A DNA stretch of 64,000 nt, taken from NCBI GenBank assembly GCA_010015805.1, contig ML978125.1:682001-746000 (forward strand), given 5' to 3'. The notes beneath the pieces were generated by a model that ran no database searches, had not been told where the DNA came from, and saw nothing but the letters and a program-made list of their open reading frames with translations. The DNA is from Rhizodiscina lignyota (Eukaryota). Shown here piece after piece: positions 12,661 to 24,690 of this stretch. The position numbers and the translations under genes are program-made. Positions within the stretch are counted from its first letter, which is position 1. Every line of letters begins with the position of its first letter.

Positions 12661-13097
12661 CTGAAACGTCTTTTGATGACTTAAAAAGAGCGAGAATTAA
12701 ATCGCTTCACTTTCTTTCGAGTAAGCACACGCTGTCTGTCGAAGCCCGGTTGAGTTATGCTGTCAGCTTGTTTCATATGTTCTACGTCGACCCTGTTACT
12801 GTCACTCCCGGGGATCCGAAATACACGTGTATAGTTAGCGACCCTCATCAGTAAAAAATATACTGTCATTATCAGATGCGTCAAGATGCGCAACAGGCAT
12901 GTTTTCGTAGCCATTGAGTTCTATCCTGCGCTGTTTTAGGAACAAGCCATCCTTCAGCTAGGTAGTGGTGGAGGCACGCTTGCGCGGAGATCTCTGAGTC
13001 GGAGGTTTCACTTCACCTACGCGCGGAAGTTGCGTCCTATTAATAATGCAGTCCACATAATGCCTTGCAGCGACTTGTGTAATTAAGAGAATCTATG

Positions 13098-14373
13098 TTA
13101 CTCGCTGCCTGGCTGGTTTGCTACCTGCAGCATTGCAAAGCGTCTGTTCGCTTCATCAAGCCGCTTACGCGACTCCTCCTCCAGCGCCATTTTGTGCCGC
13201 TTCAGTGTATTGAGGTCACTTAACTTCTTCTTTTTCTTTTCAAATCTGATCTTCCGCTTTTCCAGCACTTCTCTGTAGACCCAGAGCACCTCCTGCAACT
13301 TCGGGATCGGTCGTATCTTTGGGGCTTTCGGCGGCTTGGGCGCACTCTCCTTTCTACGCCTGCCGGTATAACGCTGAGCATACGTGCCAGCCCTCACCTG
13401 GGCGTCGAGGAAACTCTCGTCCATTGAGTCGTCCGAGTGGTCGCTCTCCGTGTCCAGTAATGCATCTGCTTCGGCTTTGGCCTGGTTCTCGGCAATGGCG
13501 GCAAGAATCTCTTCCCTCCTTCTCTGCTCCTTACTCTTCTTCTCCTCTTCCTTGGTGAGAGGGACCTTGCCGTCCTCGGTGAATTCATCGAAGCCCTCTG
13601 CAAAGTCTTCATCGTCGGGAACGAGCCTCGTCTCGGGGTACTGTTCCTTGTCCCATACGACAACGGGGCGGTCTTCCTCATCCTCATCCTCAAACGAAAT
13701 GAAGTCCTGATTGCCCGCCGCTAACCGTGCTCGCCGCTGCTTCTTCTCCCGGATCTCGGCTTCTGATGGAATTGCTGTCGCAGTTGCCTCCTCCTTTGGA
13801 TAGAGATTTGAAGCAACTCCGAATTTGGCAGCAATGTCGACCGCGTTCGTAGCTGGGGTAGTCATCTCACTGCTAGGCTTTGGTGCAATGTCCATCTCCT
13901 TGGTACCCTGAGTTACATCTTGCATCTCCTCATCGTCACCGGTAGCATCCCTCTCTTCAGGCCGACTTGGTGTTGAGGCTTTCAGCTCTGCCAGATAGTC
14001 CTTGCTGTACGTGGGCCGGTCTTCCGATCTCGAGGCCATAAGCTCGAGGTTTCGCTCTGCAGCAACGCGGGCGAGACTTTTCTTCTTGGAAGTGGAGACA
14101 GTCTCTTCTTCATTGGGTTCATCGGCGCTAAAGGACAAGCGCAACGAGGATGGCCTCTTAGGCTTTGTGCCTAGGGTTCCTCGCTTCACTGCTTCACACA
14201 AATATCAGAAGTATTGTTCCCTCGGCGATGTTAGGGCGAACGCATATTACGAGTGAAGATATAGGGGAGTTACCTGGTGTGCTGCCTGCTGAGCCTCCAC
14301 TTGAGGCATCTTCCTCGTCGCCTTCATCTCGGCCGACTTTGCGAGGGACTCCTCGGCGTGCGAACTTTTTCAT
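13098..14373 (-). CDS. NTR2: Nineteen complex-related protein 2 (NTR2 family; spliceosome disassembly)
   Basis: ATG 14373 MKKFARRGVPRKVG, intron 14273..14189. Motifs RPTYSKDYLAELKASTP, IPSEAEIREKKQRRARLA and ETRLVPDDEDFAEGFDEF; C-terminal coiled coil. Confidence 0.75.
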
Positions 14374-14602
14374 GACTGTGGTTTTGATTTCGTGTTTTGA
14401 GGTTATGTATGGGAAAATTGAAGAACCACCAGACAAGAAAGCGCGACTATAAAGCGCGCTAGCACACGCCAAGATATTTGGCGCTAGCTCACGGCATCCT
14501 CCGTTTTGCAATCGATAACTACGACATTTCCCCAGTCGCGAATTTCAGCAGAGCTTCAACCACACCATCAACGCAAGCAATCTCTCAAAAACACGCGTCG
14601 AA

Positions 14603-15061
14603 ATGCCTCCAGCTCAGCCAGAACTCAAGAAGGTACATACTCAAGCTCTTCCAACCCATACATGTTTCGCATTCTTCCTCTCCTCAGTACATACGTGCTA
14701 ACAATTACACACAGTATCTCGACAAGAGACTCTTCATCCAACTGAACGGCAGCCGAAAAGTAACAGGCGTTCTGCGCGGCTACGACGTACGTTCGCTCCC
14801 TCAATCACATTTTGTTCGCGCCGATGTGCGCGCTCCGCGACGAAATAGATATCTTACTTGAAATATAGGTCTTCCTGAACCTGGTGCTCGACGAAGCCGT
14901 AGAAGACATCGGCGAGAAAGACAACGTCCGCCTCGGGACAGTGGTACGTTCCCATCCCTTCTTTGGTTATATATAATGAATCTTAACGTCAAGGACAGGT
15001 GATTCGCGGTAACTCGGTCGTCATGATTGAGGCGCTCGAGCGCATTGACGACAAGAGATAG
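14603..15061 (+). CDS. SMX2: Small nuclear ribonucleoprotein SmG
   Basis: Exons 14603-14632, 14715-14786, 14869-14943 and 14999-15061 give a 79-aa protein [46 protein letters not shown]...VVIRGNSVVMIEALERIDDKR, with Sm1 and Sm2 motifs. Confidence 0.95.
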
Positions 15062-15254
15062 TGGGTCGGCTTTCGACACAGAACCTGCTTTTAAATGCTT
15101 CACTTGACCTACTTGATACCCATCGCAATTTCAACGGAGGGGTTTGATACTGGCGAGATACACGGCGAGCGATAGGTACAAATCACCAAGCAAATGAAGT
15201 GCTGTGGAACGGTGAAGTACCGAAGACTGTTGGCAATATTCGCTTCAAATGCAG

Positions 15255-15622
15255 ACATGGCTGTAAGCCCTAGTGACGAGCCTCTAACATGACATACAAA
15301 ACGCTTCCAAAGGCACCGCGCAAGTTTTACACAGTCCATGACTCTGCTTACACGCGATTCGCTGCCGTTGCGATGAACTGAAGCTTGTATTTCTGATTTA
15401 TGCAAATGTCACCGTGTCTCTGCTTATGTCCTATTGAATGTGCGCGTAACAGGACCATGTATACTTTGAACCTGGCATCAACTAGCAGTAAACCGTAGTG
15501 ATGGACCTCCGGCATGAGATCCAGAACGCTTCCAAGGGCACCGCACAAGTTTCACACAACGTCCACGAATACGATTACGAGTGATTGGCGGCCGTTGGAA
15601 TGGACCGAAGACTGGATTTCTG
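15255..15622. repeat. Degenerate tandem duplication, period about 225 bp
   Basis: 15301-15395 aligns with 15526-15622 (manual count: 20 mismatches and a 2-nt indel); weaker similarity extends to both sides. Confidence 0.8.
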
Positions 15623-16422
15623 GGACTCGCGCAGATATCGCGCAGATATCGCTGTCCACGCCTGTGGGCACATTAAGTCTATACAAAACGAGGCGAAGTT
15701 TACCTTGCAACTTACTACAATGGATGTGCGCGTTCTGCTTCATGGATTGACGAATTAAACAATAGAGGCATGAACTTCATTTCAAGCTTTTATTTGCGGT
15801 TTGGTCTCGTTCGAGGGTGACAAAAAATAGTTGGCCGCTGAGCAAGCTGGGACACTTCAGGTCTGCCATCTCAGCACTTCAGGGACAGCGAGACTCCCTC
15901 TAAAGGCTCAGTTATACGTTTTTCGGAGCATACTAAATGATAGCAAACCATCGAGAAATTTCTACGATTTATTGACTACAGAAACTACACCATACTGCCG
16001 CTTAGCGTCTTGAAAGCTGCAGCCAACTCTTTCGTCGCCATCCGAGCCAACTCCTTCCCTGTCGTGGAAAGTCGAACTCGTACCATGTTGCAGACCACAT
16101 TTGCGGGGAAGTATTTCCGAGTACGTACGCATCTCCTCTTCCATTCTATGTTACCTTTTATCTGGAGGATCTTCAGGAGAAAATGTGTTTCTGCTGTTGG
16201 CCTGTCTCGGTACAATGCACAGCGAACCATATTCTTCCACATTCAACCACGATGGGAAACGACTCAGGCACCAAAGCTTCCCCCGCCTAGGATCAGTACG
16301 TAGAGAAATTTAAGTAGAACTGTTTTCTTGGCTTTTGTTTACTTTCAGAATGCCACATCTGTCAATTGAGTCTCATCTCATTCTTCGACGGGGAGCTTAC
16401 CATTTCCAACATTTCTCTCACG

Positions 16423-17853
16423 ATGCTTTCAAATATCTTCTTCCTCCTATTCCTCACTCTTACAGTCCAGGCCCGCAAATGGATCGTTCCGGGTGCTCTA
16501 TGGTATGACACCACAGGCGCCAAAATCGACGCTCATGGTGCTGGCATGTGGAAAGTATGTTCGACATACTACCTCACGGGTTCTAGCTACGCCTCCTCCA
16601 TGCAACCGAGGACGTACAGCTCAACCGACCTCACAAACTGGGTGAACCGTGGGATCCAGTTCCCCATCCCGAACATGTTCCGCCCCAAGATGTTCTACAC
16701 GGGGGACAGGTACTGGATCTTCGGACAAGTGAACCGGACGGTGCAGTCGCTCTGGTCCCACACTCCCATCGGCGGCTGGCACAACGGAACCGACATGCTT
16801 GATCCCCACAATTCAACAACAAACTTCGGGATCACTGACCAGGGCGTGTTCGCTGACACGGATGGCAAGGTGTACTACCTCGCCAGCGCGGACCACAACA
16901 ACCTGCAAGTCAACATCATCCGCCCGAACGGCACTGTGGGAGAGATAATCGGCGACATCTCCGGAGCGTATGAAGCGCCCGGATGCTTCAAAGTGGACGG
17001 CACGTACTTCATCGTGACGAGCAACAAGACTGCGTACGCGCCGAACCCGGACAAGGTGTTCTGGGCCACGGATTTGCATGGGCCCTGGAACGGGCCACAG
17101 GATATCGCGCCGGAGAGCACGAACACGTACAATTCGCAGAACACGTACGATCTGGTGGTTGAGGGGAGTGAAAGAACGACGTATGTGTATACAGGCGATG
17201 AGTGGACGATTGAGGGGGATCCGAGGAGTAATTATGTGTGGCTGCCAATGTCGGTAGATGGAACGTGAGATGCTCATTCTATTGTCCTCCGCGACGAGGG
17301 ATTAGAGATGCTGACAGCAAGAAGAAACGTGACGTTGCAATACCACCCGATATGGCGGGTTGACGTACGCACCGGCGAGATATCGACTCCAGAACCAGGA
17401 AGATGGTACAAAGCTCCTCGCGCCTCTCCATGCAATAGCCCTGTGACCTTCACCAACGTGAAAGGGACAGGAGCGATGCGGTGGGTATCTTTCTATTACA
17501 CAGTGAGCGACCCTACTGGTAAGTCTTATCCCATCGCTCGATATATCTGGGAAATCGTCGTGCGGCAAACTGAATGCTGATATGGTCGTTGATAGCCGGA
17601 GATGCTCAAATCTCAATCAACGGAGCAGCAGCAGCCAATATTTCGACGTATAATTCGCGTGCTGGCTATTCGGAAGTTGTGCCCGTTGGCTTGAAATTAA
17701 AGAGAGGCCGGAACAGCATCGAAGTCAGCTGTACTGGTTATTCGAGTAAGTGCCAAAGATACTATCAAAGCTGGAATGACATTGCTGATCAGATGAATCG
17801 ATTTAGACTTCACGGTAAGTCTTAAGGGTATCGAAGTGCATGATGACTATTAA
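16423..17853 (+). CDS. Secreted GH43 (subfamily 24-like exo-beta-1,3-galactanase) with a C-terminal CBM35/CBM6-like module
   Basis: Signal peptide MLSNIFFLLFLTLTVQA; motifs WYDTTGAKIDAHGAG, YEAPG and TYNSQNTY. Three 3' introns lead to ...LKGIEVHDDY*. Confidence 0.8.
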
Positions 17854-18134
17854 AGATCAACATGGTATCAATCAGCGTCCGTCATGGACAGCTGTACCCA
17901 TATTTATTTTAAAGCTAGTCACACACGTTGACATTCTGATGTCAGGAAAGTTTGTGGCGGCCGTTACCAGGCTCTGTCCCATTGCCCGTGCCAGCTCGTG
18001 CCATGAGCCGTGAATTCCAACAGACCGAACGCCAACACCGTTCTATCTATGCAAACAACAAAGGAGATAGCCGTACAGGCAGTAATGGCAGCGGAACTTC
18101 CCATCTGGGGCTCCACTATCTTTCATCGTGAAGT

Positions 18135-19876
18135 CTACTCCTCCTTCGAATCCTTCACAGGCTTAGCTTTGGGCGCCGTACTCCCAGCCCGATTTTTCTG
18201 CCTCTTCTCACTGAAGTACCTCCAACTCCTTCCCACACCCGCAGTGAGAAAGCTCTTGATACTCTGGCTCGTGCTTGGCCAGCTGACCGTCTGGCGAATC
18301 GCCCTGCGCACCATCTCCCTGAGATCGTCCTCCTGCGCAATTCTCCGGTCAAACTCGCCGCCCTGTCGCTTCTTAAAGCTGCTCTCGTCCTCATCCTTGC
18401 TCGCCTCAAGCATGCGCACAAACTCCTTCCCAGGGATCGAAAACTTCTTCTGGTACAAGAAGTACACCTTTTCGCGGAAAGCGGTAGGTAGTCGGCGTAC
18501 CATGTTGCCACGCTTTATGGGGTCCATGTCCTGTCGCATCTTGCAGTCGCCGCTGGTGTCATCTGTGATCCAGCCGTCTTGTTTGCAGCGCGGATCGACA
18601 TATGCGACATTTGGTAGATCCTCGATCAGAGGGTGGTATAGTTGTCTGAAGCTCGGCAGTTGGTTTTCCACAATGTTCTTCACCTTATGTGGATTTTCGG
18701 CCCAGAAAGTCATGCGTGGGTCGCCCATGTACGAAATGCTTGCAATTGCGGTGTACAACTCTTTTTCCGTAAATTGCTCAGGCAACATTAGGAGTGCGAC
18801 GCGTACAGCGGATATGAGGTTGATCTGGTTTGCTAGTCGGACTCGAGGGTCGTCTCGAAGGATTTTGACGGGCTTGTGTAGGCGTCCAGCTAGATAGAGA
18901 GTATCCCAGGTCGAAAGGTCACGAGCGAGAGTGTCGAGATTGACAACGCCATATTTAATCAGCGTGCCATTGATTGTAATATACGGGTTGAAGTAGACGC
19001 CTGCGCCCCATGAATCCTGTACTCTCGAAACAACGGCGGAACCAAGATGGCGGAGACCAGAATAATGATCTCGATGCTGATGTAGGTTGAGAGAATGCCA
19101 GTGCTGAGTGTAAGATACCCCGTATATCATGTCAATCATCTTCCCACCACCCTGCTGCCATTTCACGATTGCTTCTGGAGGATTCGGGTGCGGAGAAGTG
19201 GCTGGGTTATAGGATGATCCAGTCGTTGAGACGGTAGACTGGGAGAAGACACCGGATCCGTACGCGAAGCCGTAGCGAATAGGTGCTCGGAACTGCCACA
19301 GCATCTGCTGTAATGCCCTCTTGAAGTCCTCATTGATCCTGATGTGCTGGTTTGTTCCAAACATACGGTGAGGGAGCTGCTCGAAGCGAGTGATGTTGTA
19401 GTCGGGGTCGTCCTCCCATCCTGGTGGCAGCGAGATATTCTCTGTATTCGTGGTAAATTGCGCTTTCTTGGACGTTTCGGACGAGTTCTGCGCTTGCTGC
19501 GTTGTTGCTGGTTTCTGGGCCGATGCCTGCTTCTCTGATGCCGGCTCTTCTGCTTTTTGCGTAGGAGACTGAGATTGTGCTTGTGCAGACGACTGAGGAG
19601 TGCGCTCTGCTCTGGGGAGAGGGGGTGGCTGCTGAGATGGCGGAGGAGGGGGGGGTGGCTCCGAAGTGCTGTGAGTCTCGAGCGCATATGTGCGCACGAG
19701 CTGTTTGGCGTACAACGATCGGCCATGCCAGGCTATTCTGCCCCTCGTGCAGCTCTGCTGCGTTATTATTACATGTTTCGAGATTCTTGAGGAAACCTAG
19801 AGTACAGGGGTGGTTAGCACATGGTGGAAGCTGCGGAAGGGGTGCGGGAGCGCACTGAAGGTCTGTAGAGCGACAT
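18135..19876 (-). CDS. TAM41: Mitochondrial phosphatidate cytidylyltransferase (Tam41/Mmp37)
   Basis: Motifs FAYGSGVFSQ, GVYFNPY, IKYGVV, LYLAGRLHKPV, ISYMGDPRM, ENPHKVKNIV. A short first exon MSLYRPS (ATG 19876) splices through GTGCGC..GCTAAC..TAG to a basic presequence. Confidence 0.95.
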
Positions 19877-20039
19877 TGCTGGAAAGGAGCGGTCAGGTTG
19901 AAGTCGAGATGTGCAAACAGAAGACAGTCGAGCTGAAAAGGTCCATAATATACGTAAGTAGCTCTTACGAATTACGGACCATTGTTGTTGAGCTCCGGAA
20001 GAAGGTCTAGAGTCTAGAAGTGGAGCCCAAGCATACCTA

Positions 20040-20047
20040 GTCACGTG
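20040..20047 (+). promoter_or_regulatory. GTCACGTG E-box (Cbf1/bHLH-type) in the TAM41-BIR1 divergent promoter
   Basis: Exact RTCACRTG match centred in a 328-bp divergent intergenic region; the same motif occurs at about 49365 upstream of the JmjC gene. Confidence 0.35.
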
Positions 20048-20204
20048 CAGCGCTCCAGTGGGTGAGGTCATTAGCGCGATTCCCTGAGTGGAGCATCCCT
20101 GCTCTCCATTGTTTACGCGGCTGGACTCCGCCGTGTCGACTGCATAACCAACAACCACCACGCTTTCGCTCTCTCTAGTCCATTGCTACTGCAAAGCCAG
20201 CAGT

Positions 20205-22580
20205 ATGGCTCTTCCGAATGGTGCTCAGACCTTTGCTGGTCGTCTTGCAACCTTTGAAGCAGTGCATCATATGCCAAAGCGACGCGCCTCCAACAACAAG
20301 AAGAAAGGACCATCAACGTTAACATGGCCCACCACAGCACCGACAGCCGAAGACGTAGGTCGAATCTGCTGAAAAATATACGACGTGAGACTGATATAAT
20401 TGATCAGATGGCTCGAGCCGGATTCTTCTACAAACCTCAAGCGACGAACCCAGATAACGTGATGTGCTTCGTGTGCCAGCGACAGCTCGATGGATGGGAG
20501 CCCGGGGACAACCCTGCCTTTGAACACTTCACGCACTCGCGTGACTGTGGGTGGGCAATCAATGTCAGCATAGCACAGAGAAATGGCGATGCAAATCGCG
20601 TCGACGAAGATCCTATGCACGACAGACTGGTTCAGGCGCGGAAGGCTACCTTCTTAGGAAGCTGGCCGCACGAACACAAGAAGGGATGGAAGTGCAAGAC
20701 ACAAAAGGTCATACTTTGTGCCCACTAAACAGTTAGAAAAAAGCTAACAGGAGGGACAGATGGTCGAAGCTGGCTGGTGTTATGATCCAAGTCCAGAGTA
20801 CGACGACGGTGTCACCTGCTTTTACTGTAACCTCTCGCTGGACGGCTGGGAGCCAAAGGACAATCCACTTGACGAACATCAGAAGCGATCGCCTGACTGC
20901 CCCTTCTTTGATCTCGTTGAGCAGCATGCTGCGACTCGAGAACCGAAGAAAGGCAAGAAAGGACGTGGTTCCGCGGCATCAAAAGCTTCAAGACTATCTA
21001 CTCAGTCGAATCTGACAGTGATGACAGATGCGCCCTCCATGACATCCCTCGGTGAGGGACCAGCTGGAGAAGATGACAGCGTGCTCACTACGGCAACGAC
21101 CGCGTCAAAGGCTACAAAGGGTCGCAAAGGTGCTGGGAGGGCAAAGGCAGCGGCAAAGGGTGCCAAGCGTGGTACACGCAGCAAAAAGACGTCCACTGCA
21201 ACCGTGGAAGAGGCGCAGCCCCAAACGATGGACCTCGACCTCGAAGAACCTGACGCCGAAGCGACTCCCGAGCCTCCAAAGAGAGCTACTAGACGGAATA
21301 CAAAGCAGGATAGTTCGCTTGTGGATGTAACCACTGCAAGTGCTGCTCCATCTCAGACACGAAAAACAACACGGACAAAGGCTTCAAAAGCGAAGGCAGA
21401 GGAGCGGCTGAGCGATGATCAGAGCCAACTACAAGAGGAATTCCGTGCAGCCTTGGAAGCTTCAAAGATGCCATTGAACTCACGCGAGGGGACGCCGAAA
21501 GCTACACGAGGTACAAAACGTACTAGTGACGGTGTACCTAAATTGGATTCGTCTGTTGTTATTCTGGATGCCCCACCAGAACATCTGGAGTATCTGTGGA
21601 GCCCTGGGAAAGCTGAAAAGGGCAAAAGCCCAAACGCCTATGTGTTATCGAAGGTTCAACTTCAGTCACAGCCAGATCAAGAACCGCAGGATCTACCTGC
21701 GACAAAAACGACAGGACGCCTCCGTGCAAATTCCAAAGCTAAGCGTGGCAAGAAGAAGGCAGCAGAAGAAGTGTCTACGGTGGTTGAGCCTGAGGAACTG
21801 CCCGAAGAAGAGCTTCTACAACCTGAAGAGATGACACTGGACCCTTCTCCTGCACCAGCGCCAGCTACAAAGCAGACACCCTCTCCCCAGAAGGACTCAT
21901 CGGCTTCACCTCCTCCGCCAACTCCCACACCTGCGCGAATCGCGCCATCATCTGTGCACCGATCCTCTCCAATTCTCCCACGTATCTCGAACATCGCCAA
22001 ACAGCCAGAGCGTACTCCATCGGCCTCGCCACAATCTTCTGACGCGGAGAATCGGCCTCCTCCATCTCACCCTCCGAAGTCGGCTCGCCAGCCTCTTGCA
22101 TCAGCTTCATCTAATAGACAGACCACTCGCATTCCCCTCGCAGCGAGTACGCCAACCGCGAGCCCTTCCAAGCGAAACGTACTCGCCGGACTCATTTCCT
22201 CCCTCCCCTGGACCGCTGCCGACTTGGAGACAGTGTTCGCCCCTTCACCCACTAGCAAAGCTGGCCGCTCATCAGGCTTCGGCTTCGGATCTGCTTCTGC
22301 TTTGACTGAGCAAGACAAGGAAAACCAAACCATTTTGGACAAGCTAGCCGCTGACCTTCAGAGCCCAGAGAAGGGAAGGCTCGCATTGGAAGAAGTGGTT
22401 AAGAAAGTAAAAGAGGCGCTCACGAGCCCAGAGAAGAAGATGAGCGTGGAGGAGTGGGTGAAGTATAACGCGCAGAGAGGAGAGGAGAAATTGAGAGGGG
22501 AGTGTGAGAGGCTTGTGAGTATATTTGAAAAAGAAGGTGGGAGAGCTCTGAGGACACTTGAGGGTTTGGAGTGCGTATAG
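20205..22580 (+). CDS. BIR1: BIR-domain chromosomal passenger protein (Bir1/survivin)
   Basis: ATG 20205 (MALPNGAQTFAGRLATF), two introns, two BIR domains (CFVC..LDGWEPGDNPAFEH..C and CFYC..LDGWEPKDNPLDEH..C), low-complexity middle, C-terminal MSVEEWV..LRGECERLV helix. Confidence 0.92.
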
Positions 22581-22829
22581 AACCGCGTATGAATTTGATG
22601 TCCAACGTATATTGTGCATATCTGGTGTTAGCGGTTGGCGTCTCGGGATCGATGACAACGGAATAACGATTTCAATCGCGCGTATGAGGTGCTTCTTGGG
22701 TGGAGTATAGAGCTGTTAGGCAAAAGTCCAGATAATTGATGATTTTGGTCGTCTTCATCGTTTTCGTTGTGACCTAGCAGTCTACAAAAAAAATTGGTGG
22801 TGCTCTTACCATCAGCTCGAGGGCCACTA

Positions 22830-22836
22830 TGAGTCA
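22830..22836 (+). promoter_or_regulatory. CpcA/Gcn4 response element TGAGTCA
   Basis: Perfect TGASTCA about 80 bp upstream of the start codon of a histidine biosynthesis gene. Confidence 0.65.
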
Positions 22837-22916
22837 AACCCGACTTCGGAGGTACAAAACCAAAACTTTATGCTCCCATTCAACAAACTCCAATTGAACA
22901 GCCACCCAATAATAAG

Positions 22917-24546
22917 ATGACGCGGAAAAGTGCATTCAACCTCGAAACATGCACGAGACCGAACATACTGTCTTTACAGCCATACCGATGTGCCAGGGAG
23001 TAAGTATTCGTTGCAATGCTCATTTGCAGTCACACCCCAACTACGATTGAGAGTAGTCAGGCTGACGTCGACATACAGCGACTATCAAGATGATGGAACG
23101 AATATACTGCTAGATGCGAATGAAAATGCGTATGGGCCTGGGTTAGACCTTGATGAGCGAGGGCATCTGAAGAGTCAGAATGGGGAGAATGGTGCCGCGG
23201 AGGTTAACGCGGACATTGACTTGAACGGGTTGCATCGCTATCCCGATCCGTAAGTTCTTCAATTGACTGTTGATCTGTATCTCTATCCAAGAAGACCAAT
23301 ACATTTTCACGGCGTCTCATCTGACAGTCTGTCTTCATCGCTGCTGTTTTTCCAAAGTCATGGTAATATCTGCTCTTCGTCTCACATCATTACATTAAAT
23401 TCCACTCGCATATACTCAATTCCTAGAACTTCAACTCCATTGTTTCCACCGAATTAACACTAATAATGCCCATACAGTCATCAAGAACCCCTCAAATCCT
23501 TGCTGTGCAAACTCCGTACTACTCACGCCCACACCACCAAAACGCTCACGCCCGCAAATCTCTTCGTCGGCGTCGGCTCTGACGAAGCCATCGACGCTCT
23601 GCTGCGCTGTTTCTGCGTCCCCGGCCATGATTCCATCCTAACCTGCCCACCTACATACGGCATGTACGCGGTCTCCGCCGTCGTCAACGACGTCTCCATC
23701 AAGCCCGTACCGCTGCTCGTCGACAACAACTTCGAGCCCGACGTCGCCACCATCACGTCCACACTCAGTTCCAACCCGAGCATCAAGATGGTGTACCTGT
23801 GCAGTCCCGGCAATCCAACGGGTGCTTTGATCCCCAAAGCCGCGGTTGAAGCGATCCTCGCGCACCCAACATGGAACGGAGTCGTGGTCGTTGACGAAGC
23901 ATATATCGACTTTGCGTCTTCACCGTCCGCGTCTCTGGCCGAGCTGGTGACCGAGTATCCCAACCTCGTCGTCATGCAGACGCTCTCCAAAGCCTTCGGG
24001 CTCGCAGGCATCCGGCTGGGCGCAGCATTCACAAGTCCGGAAATCGCAAGGCTGCTGAACAGCCTCAAGGCGCCGTATAACGTCTCAAGCCCTACATCTC
24101 AGCTCGCCATGGCAGCGCTCTCGCCGCAGAACCTCGCTGTCTCGCGCAGGAAAATCGAGCTGCTTTTGAAGCAGCGAGACAGGCTTGTGCAAGAGTTACC
24201 GAAGATCCCGGGGATCGGAAGGTTCAGGGGCGGCTTTGAAGCGAACTTTCTGCTGGTGGAGATGCTCTCTGCACCGAAAGAGAACGGAGGGAAGCCAAGC
24301 AATGAGGTTGCGCTGAAGGTGTATGAGCGGTTAGCTGAACTGAGGCACATGGTTGTGAGGTTTAGAGGTAAAGAGCTAGGGTGCACGGGATGCTTGAGGG
24401 TAACGGTGGGCACGGAGAACGAGGTCACAAAGTTTTTGGCAGAGATCAAGTCTGTGTTGGAGGATATATATGACGAGGGCGAAAGCAAAGGCGTTAGAAA
24501 GGACGAAGAGAAGAAAGAGAAAGATGCTAATGGTGTTGTTGCTTGA
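22917..24546 (+). CDS. HIS5: Histidinol-phosphate aminotransferase
   Basis: Spliced MTRKSAFNLETCTRPNILSLQPYRCARD, LLDANEN, RYPDP, GVGSDEAID, CSPGNPTG, VVDEAY, PLP lysine motif TLSKAFGLAGIRLG. Confidence 0.95.
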
Positions 24547-24690
24547 ATTTTCTCACTATTCGATTTTATGTCTTGGTAGACATATCGGAAAATAGACAGC
24601 TACTGAAAAGTATTTTATGCGTGTACTACGATGTTCTCAACATTCTTCACATTGTGGGAACTTCCCAGATCCGTCGCCTGAACTAATACA

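Noticed and set aside
18010..18897. 295-aa plus-strand ORF
   Set aside because: Antisense shadow of TAM41 with no motifs of its own.
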